Shown here: one piece after another, positions 37,950 through 40,470 of the stretch
Position numbering within the stretch: the stretch's first letter is position 1
Layout of the letters: every line of letters begins with the position of its first letter
Sequence record: SRR22947725_152
Length of the DNA: 40,470 bases
Reading direction: 5' to 3' (one strand)
Notes under the pieces: generated by a model
What the model saw: the letters and a program-made list of their open reading frames with translations, nothing else
Database searches by the model: none
Told to the model about the DNA's origin: nothing
Position numbers and translations under genes: made by a program

Positions 37950-39305
37950 ATGAAAATTTTATTATTAGTTATGTGCCTTTCTTGGGCTGCGATGGCAGCC
38001 CCAAAGCCCAATGTCATTTTAATCTTAGCAGATGACCTAGGAGCCAGTGGCTTAAATTGTTATGGCGGCCAATTCCTGGAAACACCGCATCTAGATCAAC
38101 TTTGCAAAAAGGGGATGAAATTTACCAACGGTCTGGCGGCTTACCCTACCTGTAAGCCTTCAAGAGCGGCTCTTTTAACAGGGCAGTATGGCTCAAGAAC
38201 GAGCGTATATCGAGTTGTCGATCGACATACAGGGCAAGAAAATAAGATAAAATACTTGGTCCCACCGAATAAAGTCGTAGCTCATGAGAAAACGGTGATT
38301 TCTGAGGTTTTTAAAAAGGCAGGTTATACGACGGCGATGTTTGGCAAGTGGCATGTCAGTAATCACACCGACGGTCATCCTTTGAAACATGGCTTTGATG
38401 AAGCGATCGCTAGTGCCGGTGTTCATTATAATTTTAAGGCTTATCCTGCAGTGGATTATCCTAAAGAACAGACAAGCGCTGAGTATTTTACCGATTGTGC
38501 CAATCGCTTTATGGCGAAAGCAGTTCAAAAAGACACGCCCTTTTTTCTGTATATGCCCTATTACTTAGTGCACCGTCCCATGGAAAGTAAAAAGGAATAC
38601 ATAGACCACTTTAAAAAGAAATTTGGCGCGACATATGAGGATGAAGAACTACCCATTCTAGCGGCGATGACCAAGCTCTTAGATGACTGTGTAGGTTCTC
38701 TCATGAGTAAAGTGAAGGAACTTGATATTGAGCAGGAAACCTTAATTATTTTCACCTCGGATAATGGTGCTTTTAAGGAGATCTATACGGCTGGCTTGAG
38801 AGGCTCGAAAGGGGATACTTATGAAGGGGGCATGCGCGTTCCTTATATTTTCTCTTGGCCGGGTAAAATCCCGTCGGCGAGTGTGAGTGATGAGCGCATT
38901 ATTGGGGTTGATCTATTTCCGACTCTTGCTGCCATCGCCAAGCAAACAGTAGATCAAAAAAGCGATGGCGATAATCTTTTGCCATTATTGACGGCCGAAA
39001 AGAAATCTTTAGGTAAGCGCAGCCTCCTCTGTTATTTTCCTAAGTATGCTCGTTTTAGTAAGAAAACTGGCAAGTGGGCTCAAAGTTGGCGAAATATTCT
39101 TTATGAAGGAGATTATAAGTTGATTGAGTACCCCGAGTACGGAACTTATGAAATGTTCAACTTGAGGCAAGACGAGCAAGAAGTTGATAACCTACTTAAG
39201 TCTCAGCCAGAAAAAGCCCAATATTTAAAAAAGAAGTTAGCCCAAAAACTCGTCGAGATAGAAGCTCCTAAAATGCAGCTGAATCCCGACTTTGAACTCA
39301 AATAA
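37950..39305 (+). CDS. Secreted S1 sulfatase
   Basis: KPNVILILADDLG, CKPSRAALLTG, GKWH, TSDNG, GSKG..YEGGMRVP. Confidence 0.93.
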   Translation: MKILLLVMCLSWAAMAAPKPNVILILADDLGASGLNCYGGQFLETPHLDQLCKKGMKFTNGLAAYPTCKPSRAALLTGQYGSRTSVYRVVDRHTGQENKIKYLVPPNKVVAHEKTVISEVFKKAGYTTAMFGKWHVSNHTDGHPLKHGFDEAIASAGVHYNFKAYPAVDYPKEQTSAEYFTDCANRFMAKAVQKDTPFFLYMPYYLVHRPMESKKEYIDHFKKKFGATYEDEELPILAAMTKLLDDCVGSLMSKVKELDIEQETLIIFTSDNGAFKEIYTAGLRGSKGDTYEGGMRVPYIFSWPGKIPSASVSDERIIGVDLFPTLAAIAKQTVDQKSDGDNLLPLLTAEKKSLGKRSLLCYFPKYARFSKKTGKWAQSWRNILYEGDYKLIEYPEYGTYEMFNLRQDEQEVDNLLKSQPEKAQYLKKKLAQKLVEIEAPKMQLNPDFELK

Positions 39306-39312
39306 GGAAACT

Positions 39313-40362
39313 ATGAAACTCATTCTCATTTTATTATTCAGTTGCTGCTTAAGCCTCACGGCAGAGCAAAAAATTTCTGCCGACCATAAGAGTTTAAGCC
39401 TTGTTGGCGCTCATTATAGTTTCATGAAAGATGACTTATTGATTCCACAAAGACACTCTTCAGCTATTCTGAAAATGAGTAAACCTGAGTTGTCTTTCGA
39501 TCCCGTTAAAGCCCAAACTACGTCTGGTGCAGTCCTAAAATTTAAGACAAATAGCCAGAACATATCTTTATCATTTAAAGCTCTTAAAGGAGAAAATCGC
39601 GGCTCAGAGTTTGCTGTTTTTGAAAATGGCCAACTTAAATTCGAGAAGAAATTTCAAAAGTCCCACGAAGCTCTGCAGCTAGATTATAAACGTCAAAGTT
39701 CTGAACTTGCAGAGATAGAAGTGGTTTTGCCTTCATGGTCAAAAGTGGCTTTTGCGGGTATGACTATCGATAAAGGGGCAAGCTTAGAAAAATGTCAGTC
39801 GAAGAAAGTCTACGTTGCCTTTGGCGATTCCATATCGCACGGAACAGGGCAGGGCTCAGCTACTTACAAAACTTGGCCTTATTTACTTACCCAAAAAATG
39901 GATTTTGACTTATATAACCTAGCCGTCGGTGGCGGCAAGGTATCATTACCCGCAGCTGGCCTTTTAAAGGACTTTCCACAAGTCGATGTCGTGACGTTAT
40001 TGATTGGTTATAACGATATGAATTCGGGGATTTCCCCACAAGGCTTTGCCGCAAAATACAAAAAATTTCTGACAATTGTTTCTGAAGCTCATCCACAGGC
40101 CAAAGTTTACTGCATCTCGCCGCTCTATACCAAAACTCAGAAATCTAAGTCGCAGAAGTCCGAGCATACTATCGATGAATTTCGCCAAGCTGTGATTAAG
40201 ACAGTTACGGCTTTTCAGAAATCTTCGGCCAATATCCAGCTGATCGTTGGTCACGAGATCAGTTCAGAAAAAAATCTTCGGCCTGATTCAAAAGATCCAG
40301 TACATCTAGGTATTTCAGGAGCTCAAATGCTGGCCGATGAATTGGTTAAAATCATAAAATAA
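39313..40362 (+). CDS. Secreted SGNH/GDSL hydrolase (possible carbohydrate acetyl esterase)
   Basis: Start ATG 39313 (SD AAGGA); FGDSISHG, NLAVGG, IGYND, DPVH. Confidence 0.88.
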   Translation: MKLILILLFSCCLSLTAEQKISADHKSLSLVGAHYSFMKDDLLIPQRHSSAILKMSKPELSFDPVKAQTTSGAVLKFKTNSQNISLSFKALKGENRGSEFAVFENGQLKFEKKFQKSHEALQLDYKRQSSELAEIEVVLPSWSKVAFAGMTIDKGASLEKCQSKKVYVAFGDSISHGTGQGSATYKTWPYLLTQKMDFDLYNLAVGGGKVSLPAAGLLKDFPQVDVVTLLIGYNDMNSGISPQGFAAKYKKFLTIVSEAHPQAKVYCISPLYTKTQKSKSQKSEHTIDEFRQAVIKTVTAFQKSSANIQLIVGHEISSEKNLRPDSKDPVHLGISGAQMLADELVKIIK

Positions 40363-40451
40363 TTTTTTCGTGTCAATTATAAATTGTTGACTGCAATATA
40401 CTCTTGTGTGTATGTTATTTATTAGGAAGGAACAACGTGTGAGAAGATATT

Positions 40452-40470
40452 ATGAAAAAATTTACCTTGA
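40452..40470 (+). CDS. Start of a third prepilin-type gene (truncated by window end)
   Basis: ATG AAA AAA TTT ACC TTG = MKKFTL, the same N-terminus as the two complete paralogs. Confidence 0.6.

Noticed and set aside
86-40254. Many 60-130 aa ORFs in the track overlapping long genes
   Set aside because: They are antisense or alternate-frame shadows of well-supported CDSs and show no motifs.
1-40470. CRISPR array, tRNA/rRNA genes, transposases or integrases
   Set aside because: No regularly spaced repeats, cloverleaf or rRNA-like tracts, or recombinase motifs seen by eye.

Overview
Bacterial chromosomal window of roughly 40% GC (estimated by eye). The gene content points to the PVC superphylum and most likely a Lentisphaera-like organism (inference): four Cys-type sulfatases, three MKKFTL prepilin-like genes, a PVC-type CxxCH heme protein and a membrane Ser/Thr kinase with LRRs. 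The window also holds a YehL/YehM-like AAA module without its usual vWA partner, a Bpt/Ate transferase, an HscC-type Hsp70 operon with a tail-anchored protein and a non-HPD J-domain membrane protein, a SWIM-SNF2 helicase, SulP, a protease-RimK fusion, MqnC, a duplicated DUF3137-like pair and an SGNH hydrolase. I saw no rRNA, tRNA, CRISPR array or transposase. The best leads are: (1) a kinase with a WNK-like lysine swap (GGMK loop, VAMA in beta-3); (2) an unlisted 59-aa HxxxCxxC zinc-finger ORF, with a candidate ECF-type promoter motif it shares with a frameshifted neighbour; (3) the HscC/KPE-J-domain operon; (4) a perfect CreB-type TTCAC-N6-TTCAC box upstream of a linalool dehydratase-like gene. 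All family calls come from motif recognition, not database searches.
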